A stretch of 64,000 nucleotides of DNA from a virus (IMGVR_UViG_3300010430_000004:104537-168536); one strand, 5' to 3'. Shown: positions 8,899 through 18,721, counted from the first letter of the stretch. Translations and numbers: made by a program. The notes: generated by a model not told the origin, from the letters alone.

Positions 8899-9128
8899 TG
8901 ATTCATCATTATCTTTATAAAAGCTTTTCAAATAAGACAAAAATAGCATACGTTAAGTTGACTTGTACTGGAGAAAAATATGTCTATGACGCTAAGGCCA
9001 GAAATGGTTGGTCGAATACCCCAAGTAGGGTTGCTCCAGTAACTACTAGTGCTAAATTAACTACTTGCCCATTGTGCAAGAAAAAACTAGTAGACAAGTT
9101 AGAAAGCCAATTAAAGGAGTTGAGATAA
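8898..9128 (+). CDS. hypothetical protein, possible zinc binder
   Basis: TGATG coupling; CPLC motif. Confidence 0.6.
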   Translation: MIHHYLYKSFSNKTKIAYVKLTCTGEKYVYDAKARNGWSNTPSRVAPVTTSAKLTTCPLCKKKLVDKLESQLKELR

Positions 9129-9388
9129 TGGAAATTTTATTTTTCATCATTCCAGTGTGGATTCTTATATTTGTAATGCTTGTTGTTTACAGCATTAGCA
9201 AGAAAAGATTAAAAGCATTCTTATTGCAGTTCTTAATATATGAGGTATTTTTTGCATTATTAGCCACGGTAGCTTTTCCAGTTTTTGGGACATTCTTTGG
9301 ATTTACTTCTTATACTGCTGCTGCAATGTTTTGTGCTTCTGACTTATTAGATTGGGTCAAAAAAATAGGAGAGAAAAATGAAAAGTAA
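9128..9388 (+). CDS. small membrane protein
   Basis: AGGAG RBS; three hydrophobic segments. Confidence 0.65.
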   Translation: MEILFFIIPVWILIFVMLVVYSISKKRLKAFLLQFLIYEVFFALLATVAFPVFGTFFGFTSYTAAAMFCASDLLDWVKKIGEKNEK

Positions 9389-9650
9389 AACTACAATACT
9401 ATTATCTATACTGCCTTTAGTATTTGGATACTTGATTCTTATAGGGGTCAGCAATTCAGATGGGATGGAAGCTTTTAAAAAATCTGAACAAAAAACAGCA
9501 ACTTGTAGCCTCAAAGGATTTAAAGGTTTTCCAGAAAACGTAACCGGACCAGTTACCCTAGAGTTGGCCAAATTAATCACGGTTATGGTATCCAACGATG
9601 ATGAAAGTTTAGAAATTACCGTAGCAAAGAAAAGGTGCGAAATCAAATGA
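9378..9650 (+). CDS. exported/membrane-anchored small protein
   Basis: N-terminal hydrophobic helix; AGGAG RBS. Confidence 0.65.
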   Translation: MKSKTTILLSILPLVFGYLILIGVSNSDGMEAFKKSEQKTATCSLKGFKGFPENVTGPVTLELAKLITVMVSNDDESLEITVAKKRCEIK

Positions 9651-9988
9651 AAATTTTATATATAATTTTATTAACTTTTGCTATACAATCAGCACAAGCT
9701 TTTACAGCAAAAGACGCAAAAACTTTGGCTAATATTAGTAATCTAACCACAGAAGCAGAAAATGACGCTGAAATATGCAAACTTAATATACTAAAAGATG
9801 TTAGAAAAAAAGCAACTAAAGGTTATTCAATCCTTTTCTTAATAATGAATGATAGAGACTCTTGCAGTTGGGGAAATGTCCCAGAACTAGTTTCTAAAAA
9901 ACTCGAAAAGATGGGATATAGTACGCATTTAGTTGAAGCTGGAATTAACGGTAATAAATGGACTAGAATATTGACGGTAGGGTGGTAA
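9647..9988 (+). CDS. secreted small protein
   Basis: Signal-peptide-like MKILYIILLTFAIQSAQA. Confidence 0.65.
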   Translation: MKILYIILLTFAIQSAQAFTAKDAKTLANISNLTTEAENDAEICKLNILKDVRKKATKGYSILFLIMNDRDSCSWGNVPELVSKKLEKMGYSTHLVEAGINGNKWTRILTVGW

Positions 9989-9989
9989 T

Positions 9990-10328
9990 ATGCAAGGCGC
10001 AATACTAAATGAATTATTAAGCACCATGGACGCTAAGATGTTCAATCTGGCTGTTCAGTTGTTGCTTTTCGGAGCTATCGGTTTTTGGCTAAAAGACATG
10101 AATAGTCGTATAGTAAATTATTACAAACTTAAGATGAGTGATTTTGGCCGTGGAACAAAAGTTCTTATACTAGGACACGAAGGATTTATTAGTCGGATCG
10201 GATTCAACGAAGTAGAGATTACTATAGATGTAGACAAGACCCTTTTCATTCCAGTAAATAAGTTTATAAGCACTGACAAGATCATTGTAGCTAAACAAGT
10301 TCACCAAAAAATAAGGGATGAGAAATGA
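9990..10328 (+). CDS. truncated MscS-family-like protein (one TM + beta domain)
   Basis: FGRGTKVLILGHEGFISRIGF...TLFIPVNKF matches the MscS middle beta-domain pattern. Confidence 0.6.
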   Translation: MQGAILNELLSTMDAKMFNLAVQLLLFGAIGFWLKDMNSRIVNYYKLKMSDFGRGTKVLILGHEGFISRIGFNEVEITIDVDKTLFIPVNKFISTDKIIVAKQVHQKIRDEK

Positions 10329-10555
10329 GTAAGGTTAGATTTAAGAGATATATGCACTCTAATAAAGAAGACAATTATGACCTTGAAGAAACATTCAAAG
10401 ACAACGAACTGCTGTATTGTGGATATGAAGAAGAGTTGGTATATGAGTATGATACCCTTACTAAAGAATTAAAACTTATAGGAGCTGGTGGATATTTTCT
10501 AGGCGATGAAAAAATTTCAGAAAGTGAATTAACGGAGATAAAGGAATATGACTAA
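10325..10555 (+). CDS. hypothetical protein
   Basis: ATGA coupling. Confidence 0.65.
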   Translation: MSKVRFKRYMHSNKEDNYDLEETFKDNELLYCGYEEELVYEYDTLTKELKLIGAGGYFLGDEKISESELTEIKEYD

Positions 10556-10787
10556 AAAATACGATCCAGATATGCAAAATTTACCATCTATAGAAATAGA
10601 TTATGGTCTAGTTCCTGAAATCTATGATGGAATAGTGCAAGATATGCACAAAGGGTACCTTACAGTTAAAGTAAATGGTCAAGAAATAGAAGATAGAGTT
10701 ACTGCTAACCTTATAGAAAAATTAATAGGTTGTGTAGATCACGAAACTCTTATTGGAATACTTAAAGATATAAGGGATTATAAATGA
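10548..10787 (+). CDS. hypothetical protein
   Basis: GGAG/AGGA RBS; overlap. Confidence 0.65.
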   Translation: MTKKYDPDMQNLPSIEIDYGLVPEIYDGIVQDMHKGYLTVKVNGQEIEDRVTANLIEKLIGCVDHETLIGILKDIRDYK

Positions 10788-11359
10788 TTAGTGTTGAAAA
10801 GAAAACTGTAGAGAAGTACACAGTAAGAGGCGATGGCCTTAGCTGGAGCATATTCACCCTAGATGATGAAACTGGCGATATCAGTGTTCAATCTGATTGG
10901 GGCAACTACTCTTATATATGGAATTGCAGAGGGAATGGAAAGTCCCTAAAAGACTTTTTAATCACCGCTGGTGTTGGCTACGTTAAAGACAAATTTAGTT
11001 ACCCATGTAACGGCGGCAAAAAACACGTTTATCGTAAAGAATCCCTTGACAACTTTAAAAGAGATATTATTAATGCTAGAAGAGATCATCAAATTCCTAA
11101 ACATTATGCTAGATCTTTTTACGAAGCTCTTGATCATTTAGATCTACATGGAGATATCAATACTGTATATCATAGCGTTGAAAATATGGTTAGCTATTTG
11201 CAAGACAGCTGTGAGTTAGATTTATTTGACGATGGACCTTGGAGTGATGACTATGATTTTATGGAAAATGTAGTGGTTGGTTGTTCTCCACAGCTTAACA
11301 CTTTTATGGAAAAAGTTTGGCCAGTATTTATAGACGCTTTGAAAAAGGAAAGAAAATGA
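10784..11359 (+). CDS. hypothetical phage protein
   Basis: 191 aa; ATGA coupling. Confidence 0.75.
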   Translation: MISVEKKTVEKYTVRGDGLSWSIFTLDDETGDISVQSDWGNYSYIWNCRGNGKSLKDFLITAGVGYVKDKFSYPCNGGKKHVYRKESLDNFKRDIINARRDHQIPKHYARSFYEALDHLDLHGDINTVYHSVENMVSYLQDSCELDLFDDGPWSDDYDFMENVVVGCSPQLNTFMEKVWPVFIDALKKERK

Positions 11360-11625
11360 CTGAAGAAAAACTAGACTACTATATGAATAGAAAAGAACAA
11401 ATTACCCTAGCTGAATCTAAGACTTTAAGGGCCAACTCTGCTCAGTGGAGGAAATTGTATTCTAAAATGGACGACAAAGCTTTGTTGAGTGTAGTCGATA
11501 ATTTTCTTAACAATATATTCATAGAAGATACTGGAACTTATGATAGTCAACTGGTTCACACTATTGTACCGTTACTTGTTAAACGTATAGATCCCAATCA
11601 TAAAAGAAGCAATGACAGATACTAA
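11356..11625 (+). CDS. hypothetical protein
   Basis: ATGA coupling, AGGA RBS. Confidence 0.65.
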   Translation: MTEEKLDYYMNRKEQITLAESKTLRANSAQWRKLYSKMDDKALLSVVDNFLNNIFIEDTGTYDSQLVHTIVPLLVKRIDPNHKRSNDRY

Positions 11626-11866
11626 TTGGAGTGCTTGCTATATATGTCAGGGAGATTTGCCCGATGACTACGAGTATGCCACCTGTTGTTCAGGAAGGGA
11701 GTGTGGTTGTATGGGAATGCCTATAGAAGTTCCTATATGCTCTTATGATTGTGAAAGATTGAACGGTAGAATGTTTATGGATTATTCTATAGAAGTAAAT
11801 ATTAAAAGCTGGTATCCTGCTTGGCTGGTTAAATTAATAGTAAAATATAAGATTTGGAGAAATTAA
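11612..11866 (+). CDS. Cys-rich small protein
   Basis: CYIC, CCSGRECGC, CSYDC. Confidence 0.65.
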   Translation: MTDTNWSACYICQGDLPDDYEYATCCSGRECGCMGMPIEVPICSYDCERLNGRMFMDYSIEVNIKSWYPAWLVKLIVKYKIWRN

Positions 11867-12828
11867 TGAGTATATTTAAACCTAGAGTAGTTTATAAGCC
11901 TTTCGAATACCCATGGGCTGAAGAGTATACTGAGAAACAACAAATGGCTCACTGGCTTAAATCTGAAGTGCCCATGAGTAGTGACATTAATGATTGGAAA
12001 ACCAAACTGTCTGAGTCTGAAAAGAATCTTATAGGAAATATATTAAAAGGCTTTACCCAAGTAGAGGTTATTGTGGGAGATTATTGGACAACCAAGGTTC
12101 CTTACTGGTTTCCTAAACCTGAGATTATTGCTGCTGCCATTACTCTAGGAAGCTTTGAAGTCATTCACCAACAAGCCTATAGTCATCTCAACGATAGCCT
12201 TGGGTTAGATAACTACTCAGAATTTTTAGATGATGAGGCTACTAAAAATAAGCTAGACCTTTTAGTGGCTACTAAGAACAAAAACAAAGAAGAAATAGCT
12301 AGGAGTCTTGCCATATTTAGTGCATTTGGAGAAGGCGTACAATTATTCAGTAGCTTTGCTATTCTTATGAGCTTTAGCCTAAGAAACCTTATGAAAGGCG
12401 TAGGCCAAATAGTGAGTTGGAGCGTTAGAGACGAATCTCTACATTCTAATTTTGGCTGTAAACTATTCAGAGAAGTTATTAGAGAGAACCCTGAGATCTG
12501 GACAGATGATTTTAAAAAGACTATTTATGACGCTGCACGACTAGTTGTTGAGTTAGAAGATGCTTTCATTGACAAGGCTTTTGAATTAGGTAATATTCCA
12601 GGGCTAACTAAAGAAGACATGAAAGCATTTATCAGACATAGAGCCAGCACCAAGCTAGGCGATCTTGGGCTAAAAATGAATTGGAAAAATATAGACCAAG
12701 CTGCATTAGACAGAATGGATTGGTTCGATAACTTAACGGCTGGAGTAAATCATCAAGACTTTTTTGCAGGTCGCGTAACAGATTACTCAAAAGGGCACGT
12801 AGACTTTAGTGGGATATTTACAAAATGA
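11866..12828 (+). CDS. nrdB: ribonucleotide reductase class I beta subunit
   Basis: YKPFEYPWA, EVIHQQAYS, EGVQLFSSF, RDESLH, DFFAGRVTDY; start by TAATG coupling. Confidence 0.97.
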   Translation: MSIFKPRVVYKPFEYPWAEEYTEKQQMAHWLKSEVPMSSDINDWKTKLSESEKNLIGNILKGFTQVEVIVGDYWTTKVPYWFPKPEIIAAAITLGSFEVIHQQAYSHLNDSLGLDNYSEFLDDEATKNKLDLLVATKNKNKEEIARSLAIFSAFGEGVQLFSSFAILMSFSLRNLMKGVGQIVSWSVRDESLHSNFGCKLFREVIRENPEIWTDDFKKTIYDAARLVVELEDAFIDKAFELGNIPGLTKEDMKAFIRHRASTKLGDLGLKMNWKNIDQAALDRMDWFDNLTAGVNHQDFFAGRVTDYSKGHVDFSGIFTK

Positions 12829-13121
12829 TAGATTTTTATGAAAAAGTTCTCAATACTAAAATTGAAAGCCATGACTTTAACGACCCTATTACTCTTAAGA
12901 GGTATCTTCAAAAATTACTAACTACTCTTATAGATGAGGAAGAAAGCTTTAGTGGCAAGAGACCTTTCGGAAACTCTGGATGGCTATGGGACGTATATCT
13001 AGCTTTAATAAAAGCCGGACATATTCCAGGCAAATTAGATGAAGATGGATATATTGAAGAAATTGAAACCAAAGACGCTGATAATTTAATCAATAATTGT
13101 ATAGAGCACTTATTCAAATGA
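12825..13121 (+). CDS. hypothetical phage protein
   Basis: FSGKRPFGNSGW motif; ATGA coupling. Confidence 0.7.
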   Translation: MIDFYEKVLNTKIESHDFNDPITLKRYLQKLLTTLIDEEESFSGKRPFGNSGWLWDVYLALIKAGHIPGKLDEDGYIEEIETKDADNLINNCIEHLFK

Positions 13122-13306
13122 GTATATTCTATACTAAATATTTTCAAATATTTGAAGGCGAAAACAGAGAAAGCTTATTGTTTGGAATTGGAATAGGCAC
13201 TTGTTATGTATGTTCTGATGATGATGATTTTAAGGCTATTTCAATAGATATCATTTTTATAAAACATTTCAATATTTTAATTAGATATAAAACTGTAAAA
13301 AAATAC

Positions 13307-13335
13307 TAGCATTTTGTTTGCTTTCATGTTATGAT
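13307..13335 (+). promoter_or_regulatory. class I promoter
   Basis: TAGCAT-17-TATGAT, CATGT extended -10. Confidence 0.85.
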
Positions 13336-13354
13336 AAATCTAACTGGAGGAATT

Positions 13355-13747
13355 ATGGAAAACAATAAATTAGAAAAAATGTTAACATCATTTTTAGAGC
13401 GTCTTGATAAAATTGAAGACTTTGCTATTGAACACGCTCCTGATTTTGTTAAAGATATAGTTAAGGTAGAGTACGTTAAGCTTCAAAATCAAATAATTCA
13501 TAGTACAATTATCTTTGTTATAGCTGCCACTTATATTGCTGGTTTCTTTTATTTCATAGGAATTGAAGATTCTGATAATTTTGGAAAACAGTTAGTTTTT
13601 GGCATTCCAGCTATTATAGCATTTCTAGGGGTTATTGGTTCTATTTTTGACGGAATCAATGAAATTCTCGAATATAGAGAAATGAAAGCTTCTGAAAGAT
13701 TGGTAGCCATTAATGGAATAAGCAAACTTCTTAAGGGAAAATTCTAA
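13355..13747 (+). CDS. membrane protein (2 TM)
   Basis: GGAGG RBS before ATG 13355; the track start lies inside the promoter. Confidence 0.75.
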   Translation: MENNKLEKMLTSFLERLDKIEDFAIEHAPDFVKDIVKVEYVKLQNQIIHSTIIFVIAATYIAGFFYFIGIEDSDNFGKQLVFGIPAIIAFLGVIGSIFDGINEILEYREMKASERLVAINGISKLLKGKF

Positions 13748-13940
13748 TGAAATACTCAAAAACAGCTACTATTTTAGCAATGTATGGAGCAGCTTTTTAC
13801 CTTATAATGGATCCTTTCATTTTTACTGGAGTGCTTTTGTTGTTTATTGGAACAGACCTAGAAAGTAGATGGCTTAGTGGGCCTGTATTAAAGAAACCTA
13901 AAAAAGGTGGCCTTGATCGCTGGCTGAATAGGCATAAAAA

Positions 13941-14246
13941 ATGATTTATTTATTTGAAGACTATAGCGGAGAAGATTGGTCTGCCAATGATTATATGAAA
14001 TATATTGACTGCTTTGGCAGCATTGAAGATCTTGAAAAACGCTTAATGATGGGTGATCTTAGCGCATACGAAGATTACAGAATTATGGAAAACGGTAATT
14101 GGAGAGACGTTAAATTAAAGCAGCATTATAAAAAAGTAACATCAATAAAAGATAAAATTATCACTGATGCTTATGGAAATGAACACACTATTCCAACAGA
14201 AGTGACAAATAATGAAAAAGACTATATAACTGTGGAGTACTCGTGA
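13941..14246 (+). CDS. hypothetical protein
   Basis: Operon tiling. Confidence 0.65.
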   Translation: MIYLFEDYSGEDWSANDYMKYIDCFGSIEDLEKRLMMGDLSAYEDYRIMENGNWRDVKLKQHYKKVTSIKDKIITDAYGNEHTIPTEVTNNEKDYITVEYS

Positions 14247-14285
14247 CTATTGGAATGTGGTTCTTTTTAATAATGATTCTGTGGT

Positions 14286-14615
14286 GTGGACACGTACCAA
14301 AAAATAGGAAGTGATGTGGATAGCCTTAAAAATATGCTTAAAAAATATTACAAATTCTATAGAGCGCCACTTAACGAAGATCTTGAGCTTGATCTTGAAA
14401 AAATAGTAAACGATGTTGGCACTCATTTTTATAATATGGGCAGAATAACCGAACTAGATAAAATGAAAAGAATCAAAAGAGAAGTTATGAGCACTATGAT
14501 ACTTTGTGATGCTTGTGATCTTCAGGTTCCAGAGATGGCTTGTACTTGTTATGAAGTCGATATTATAGACGTATTGGACAATATTAAAAAAATACTAGGA
14601 GAAAACGATGGATAA
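14286..14615 (+). CDS. hypothetical protein with CxxC..CxC
   Basis: CDAC...CTC; start uncertain. Confidence 0.6.
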   Translation: MDTYQKIGSDVDSLKNMLKKYYKFYRAPLNEDLELDLEKIVNDVGTHFYNMGRITELDKMKRIKREVMSTMILCDACDLQVPEMACTCYEVDIIDVLDNIKKILGENDG

Positions 14616-14775
14616 AACTGAAGTTGTTGAAAGGCTTAAAGAAATGGCAGCTGATCTTCAAGAGCTGGGGTTTATACTAACCAACCATGAAGAACAAGAT
14701 GCTTATGAGATTTTAAACGATGCTGCTGATCTAGTAAATGAAGCCGCCGATACCATAGACGTAGGTGAAGAATGA
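14608..14775 (+). CDS. small acidic protein (55 aa, not in ORF track)
   Basis: AGGAG RBS; MDKTEVVERLKEMAADLQELG...; fills the gap exactly. Confidence 0.65.
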   Translation: MDKTEVVERLKEMAADLQELGFILTNHEEQDAYEILNDAADLVNEAADTIDVGEE

Positions 14776-14972
14776 GTAATAAAATGATGAGCACTCACGA
14801 TTTGCATTGCCCTAACTGTCACACAGAGGTTGATCCAGATACTTTGCAGCAACTATGTTTTGAACCTTATAATGGAATCTACTTTGAATGTGACGATTGT
14901 AAGCATGGATATTCTCTCAATATATATGTAGAAGCCCAATTAATCAGTGAACCAGAGACAGATGATGAGTAG
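14772..14972 (+). CDS. zinc-ribbon protein
   Basis: CPNC...CDDC. Confidence 0.65.
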   Translation: MSNKMMSTHDLHCPNCHTEVDPDTLQQLCFEPYNGIYFECDDCKHGYSLNIYVEAQLISEPETDDE

Positions 14973-15184
14973 TGCTTATATAACTTTAAAAGGCAGGTAT
15001 AAGTTTTTTCAAGACTTTTCAACAGTAATTATAGATTTTAAAAGAGCCAAAAAATTTGAAGTGGTAGATGAAGTAAACGGCCTTTTAAGACTAAGAGCCA
15101 AAAACTTTGGTATTCTTGGCAAGAAAAATCAGTATGGAAATGGCTGCTTATATTTAAGCCCTAAAAATATAAAAGGAATACAAG

Positions 15185-15463
15185 ATGAGCGATAAAATGA
15201 GCGAAGAATACGGAAAAAGTAAGAGTTTTTTACAAGCATTAGATGAATTTTCTACAGAGCTTATGAAAGATTGGATGGAAGTAGAAGAGATTGTTCTAAA
15301 AAAGCACAGCTTTATCAAAGCAGTAATGCAAACAATGCCAACTGAAATTGAATACAGAAAACCTTCAGAAAAAGACTTTCTAGCAAGAGCCCTTGAAGAG
15401 GGGTGTTTTGAAATTTATACCCATGCAAATAGAGTCACTATTAGATTGAAGGATGAGGAGTAA
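15185..15463 (+). CDS. hypothetical protein
   Basis: AGGA RBS; tiling. Confidence 0.65.
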   Translation: MSDKMSEEYGKSKSFLQALDEFSTELMKDWMEVEEIVLKKHSFIKAVMQTMPTEIEYRKPSEKDFLARALEEGCFEIYTHANRVTIRLKDEE

Positions 15464-15726
15464 TGGAATTTTTTAGGAAATGTTTAAGCAAAACCACCAG
15501 TTCAGATTGGGCGTTTTTATTGGTTCAATTTGGTCTTTTGATTTATGGTGTTTATGAAGAAAAACCTGATCTTTTATTTATAATAATTGTAGCTATTAGT
15601 TTAGGCTTTTTGTCCAGTCAACTAATATTTAGTGCTTTGCATGACGTAGTAATGGATGAAGCAAATGATCTTATAGATATTCAAAAAAAATATATAAAAA
15701 TACTTAAGGAAAAAGATGAAAGTTGA
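15463..15726 (+). CDS. small membrane protein
   Basis: Two hydrophobic segments; GAGGAG RBS. Confidence 0.65.
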   Translation: MEFFRKCLSKTTSSDWAFLLVQFGLLIYGVYEEKPDLLFIIIVAISLGFLSSQLIFSALHDVVMDEANDLIDIQKKYIKILKEKDES

Positions 15727-16078
15727 TCGTAGAAAGTTCCTAAAAGCCCTCGGTGGAGTGGCTGGTGCTGCTGCATTGGGAATTACTCTAATACCTGAAA
15801 GAAAAAGCAAACTAAATATTGATTGGTCCTCAGTGGAAACAAAACCTCCAGGGGCTATAGCAGATGTTCAGGTTATAAATACTGAAGGTGGAGTTCTTAC
15901 TCGTGAAATTGTTGAAGAAGCAGCAGAAAGAGCTGTACAAAGCTTTGGTCAACCCTATAAGTATATTATGCCCTATGACGTAGCAAAGGCTTGGATGGAA
16001 GTGGACGACAAGACTTTGAAAAAAATTCTAAAAAACAATTCAAATATTATCATTTCTGACTTTGCTTGGGGATATTAA
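15716..16078 (+). CDS. twin-arginine (Tat) signal protein with capsid-like segment
   Basis: DRRKFLK + hydrophobic stretch; VINTEGGVLT...EAAER...FG...MP segment. Confidence 0.7.
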   Translation: MKVDRRKFLKALGGVAGAAALGITLIPERKSKLNIDWSSVETKPPGAIADVQVINTEGGVLTREIVEEAAERAVQSFGQPYKYIMPYDVAKAWMEVDDKTLKKILKNNSNIIISDFAWGY

Positions 16079-16083
16079 AAAAT

Positions 16084-16344
16084 ATGAGTCAAACACTTGC
16101 AGAAAAATTAAGAAATAAAATTCAAAAAGACCTTTCTATTTTTCTAAAACAGAAAGTTTGGTCTCCTGAAACAGAAGAGGGCAAACTACAGCGAGAAAAT
16201 ATACAAAAAACTGTAAGCAAAGCTGTTGAGTGCTTTTTAGAAGGAAACGTAACAGAAATACAACCAATAATAGAAGACGTTAAAATAGTTGGCAGCTCTA
16301 TAGAACTAAAGCTATCAATACCAATAAGCTACATAGAGGAATAA
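16084..16344 (+). CDS. hypothetical protein, possibly tail-sheath C-terminal/gp25-like fold
   Basis: Two helices then a beta-hairpin ending ..LSIPISYIEE. Confidence 0.55.
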   Translation: MSQTLAEKLRNKIQKDLSIFLKQKVWSPETEEGKLQRENIQKTVSKAVECFLEGNVTEIQPIIEDVKIVGSSIELKLSIPISYIEE

Positions 16345-16345
16345 T

Positions 16346-18061
16346 ATGAAAAAAGGCATCGATTATCCTAATTGGATGAACGAAGTTTCTGTTCAGACAA
16401 TGAACAAGGGACAATTACTTCCAGGTGAAAACGTATATCAAGCCTTTGAAAGGGTAGCTAACTCTGCTGCTTGTCGATTGCTTATTCCAGACATGAAGAA
16501 ATATTTCTATGAAGCTATGGAAAAGGGTTGGCTATGTCCAGCCACTCCAGTACTTACTAATATGGGCACTTCTCGTGGTTTACCTATTAGCTGTTTTGGA
16601 ATAGACGTAGACGATAACCTGTACGATATCTATGACAAGGTTACTGAACAAGCCGTACTCACTGCTCAAGGTGGAGGGGTTGGAGTAGGCATGAACCGAA
16701 TCAGAGGCCGTGGAGCACCGATTAAACAGCGTGGTGAATCTGAAGGTATTATTCCATGGGCACACGTCTATGATAGCGCCATTATTGCTACTTCTCAGGG
16801 AAATATTAGGCGTGGAGCATCATCAATTAACCTTAATATTAGACATAAAGACATTCACGAATTTCTTAGAATGAGAAGACCAGAAGGTGACACTAATCGT
16901 CAGAACCTCAACTTGCACCATTGCGTACAAATCACTGATGAATTTATGGAAAGCATCGCTAATGGAAATAAAGCCGATCAAGACTTGATGATTGAGATTC
17001 TAAAGACTAGATTTGAAACAGGCGAGCCTTATATTCACTTCATCGACACTACTAACTATGATAATCCTGCTGGATATAAAAGACTAGACCTAGACGTTTC
17101 TATGACTAATATATGTTCAGAGATTGTTCTTCATACCGATCCAACTCACAGTTTTGTTTGTTGTTTATCTAGTCTTAACTTATTAAAATATGATGATTGG
17201 AAAGACTATGTTTTCGATAATGGTATGACTCTCCCAGAACTAACTGCTTGGTTTCTTGAAGGAGTTTTAAACGAATTTATTGAAAAAGGAAAATCTATAA
17301 AAGGCATGGAAAACGCCATCAGGTCTGCTGTAAAGGGTAGGGCTATTGGAATAGGCGTTCTTGGCTGGCATGGGTTTTTACAATCAAAAAATATTCCATT
17401 CGTTTCTCTAATGAGCACTTCCTATACTCATGGAATATTTAAATTCATTGATTCTGAATCATTAAAAGCTTCTAAACAAATGGCTGAAATATTTGGCGTA
17501 CCTAAATGGTGCGTAGATACTCGACACTCTCACAGAATAGCCTTAGCTCCCACAGTAAGTAATAGTGCTAGGGCGAATACTAGTGCTTCTATTGAGCCAT
17601 ATAGGGCCAATGCGTGGAACTATAAAGGCGCTCAGGGAGTTTACTTAATGAAGAACCCTCAATTAGAAACTTTGCTTAAAGATCTTGGAAAAAACACCAA
17701 AGATGTTTGGAAAAGCATAGTAGTTAACGGTGGATCTGTTCAACATCTTGAATTCTTATCAGCTGACCAAAAAGAAGTATATTTGACTTTTCCAGAAATA
17801 GACCAAGTAGAGCTGGTACGTTTGGCTGGACATAGACAAAAATATATAGACCAGGCTCAAAGCGTTAATTTATGTTTTCCAGCAAATGCTGACGCTGATT
17901 ATATATGGGATGCTCATTTTGAGGCTTGGAAAAAGGGCCTAAAGACTCTTTATTATTGCAGAAGTGAAAGCGTAATTAAAGGTGACACTGGAAGTAGAAG
18001 CTTTGTACGCAAAAATGTCGATAATAATGAGGAAGAAGATTGCAGTTTTTGCGAAGGATGA
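16346..18061 (+). CDS. nrdA: ribonucleotide reductase class I alpha subunit (short form, no ATP cone)
   Basis: PATPV, PISCF, GGGVG, TNICSEI, VCCLSS, ALAPT, LKTLYY, C-terminal CSFCEG. Confidence 0.97.
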   Translation: MKKGIDYPNWMNEVSVQTMNKGQLLPGENVYQAFERVANSAACRLLIPDMKKYFYEAMEKGWLCPATPVLTNMGTSRGLPISCFGIDVDDNLYDIYDKVTEQAVLTAQGGGVGVGMNRIRGRGAPIKQRGESEGIIPWAHVYDSAIIATSQGNIRRGASSINLNIRHKDIHEFLRMRRPEGDTNRQNLNLHHCVQITDEFMESIANGNKADQDLMIEILKTRFETGEPYIHFIDTTNYDNPAGYKRLDLDVSMTNICSEIVLHTDPTHSFVCCLSSLNLLKYDDWKDYVFDNGMTLPELTAWFLEGVLNEFIEKGKSIKGMENAIRSAVKGRAIGIGVLGWHGFLQSKNIPFVSLMSTSYTHGIFKFIDSESLKASKQMAEIFGVPKWCVDTRHSHRIALAPTVSNSARANTSASIEPYRANAWNYKGAQGVYLMKNPQLETLLKDLGKNTKDVWKSIVVNGGSVQHLEFLSADQKEVYLTFPEIDQVELVRLAGHRQKYIDQAQSVNLCFPANADADYIWDAHFEAWKKGLKTLYYCRSESVIKGDTGSRSFVRKNVDNNEEEDCSFCEG

Positions 18062-18226
18062 TATGAAAGCTTTAACAAATATTTTATTAGCCATTGGCGG
18101 CATTGTGCTTGTAGGTGGATGTATTTATGGTGGTTTTTGGTTAAAGAGAACAATGAATTACAACCTATATTACAAAGATCAAATAGTAAAAGAAATTAAA
18201 GAAAATGTAAAGAAAGAGTGCCTCAA

Positions 18227-18721
18227 ATGAGTTGGAGTGAAAGCGTAGCCAAAGACACTTGGGAAAACAATGAGCTTTTTGAATTCTCTTTAGTTGGGGA
18301 TGACTCTATGATGGCTATTCTTTGTAATGAATTTGAGCCTTACAATGTTGTCACAAATAAGCAATTAAGTAAAGGCGATTTATTTTACGATGGAGCCGGA
18401 CAAGCAGCAGTTATTATATCTCAAATTATAACAGGACCATATAAGGTTTATGAATACGAAGCTGTTTCTGAAGAAAATCCAACTTACGCTGTTTACGAAG
18501 ATCCTATAGTAAGGGCCAGAAACCTTAGATTTCTTAAAACCTCAAACACCTTTATTGATTTATTAGAAGTTTCTGGATATACTGGTCATGTAGTTGATGG
18601 AGATGTAGAGATTCATTTTAAAGGTAGTGATCATTATTGTGTGCTTGCTAGGGAACTTTTTGAACCACAGTATTTAGAATTTATTGAACTTTGGCATGGA
18701 GTTAAAATTGAAAGTAACTGA
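18227..18721 (+). CDS. hypothetical protein
   Basis: ATGA coupling at 18227. Confidence 0.65.
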   Translation: MSWSESVAKDTWENNELFEFSLVGDDSMMAILCNEFEPYNVVTNKQLSKGDLFYDGAGQAAVIISQIITGPYKVYEYEAVSEENPTYAVYEDPIVRARNLRFLKTSNTFIDLLEVSGYTGHVVDGDVEIHFKGSDHYCVLARELFEPQYLEFIELWHGVKIESN

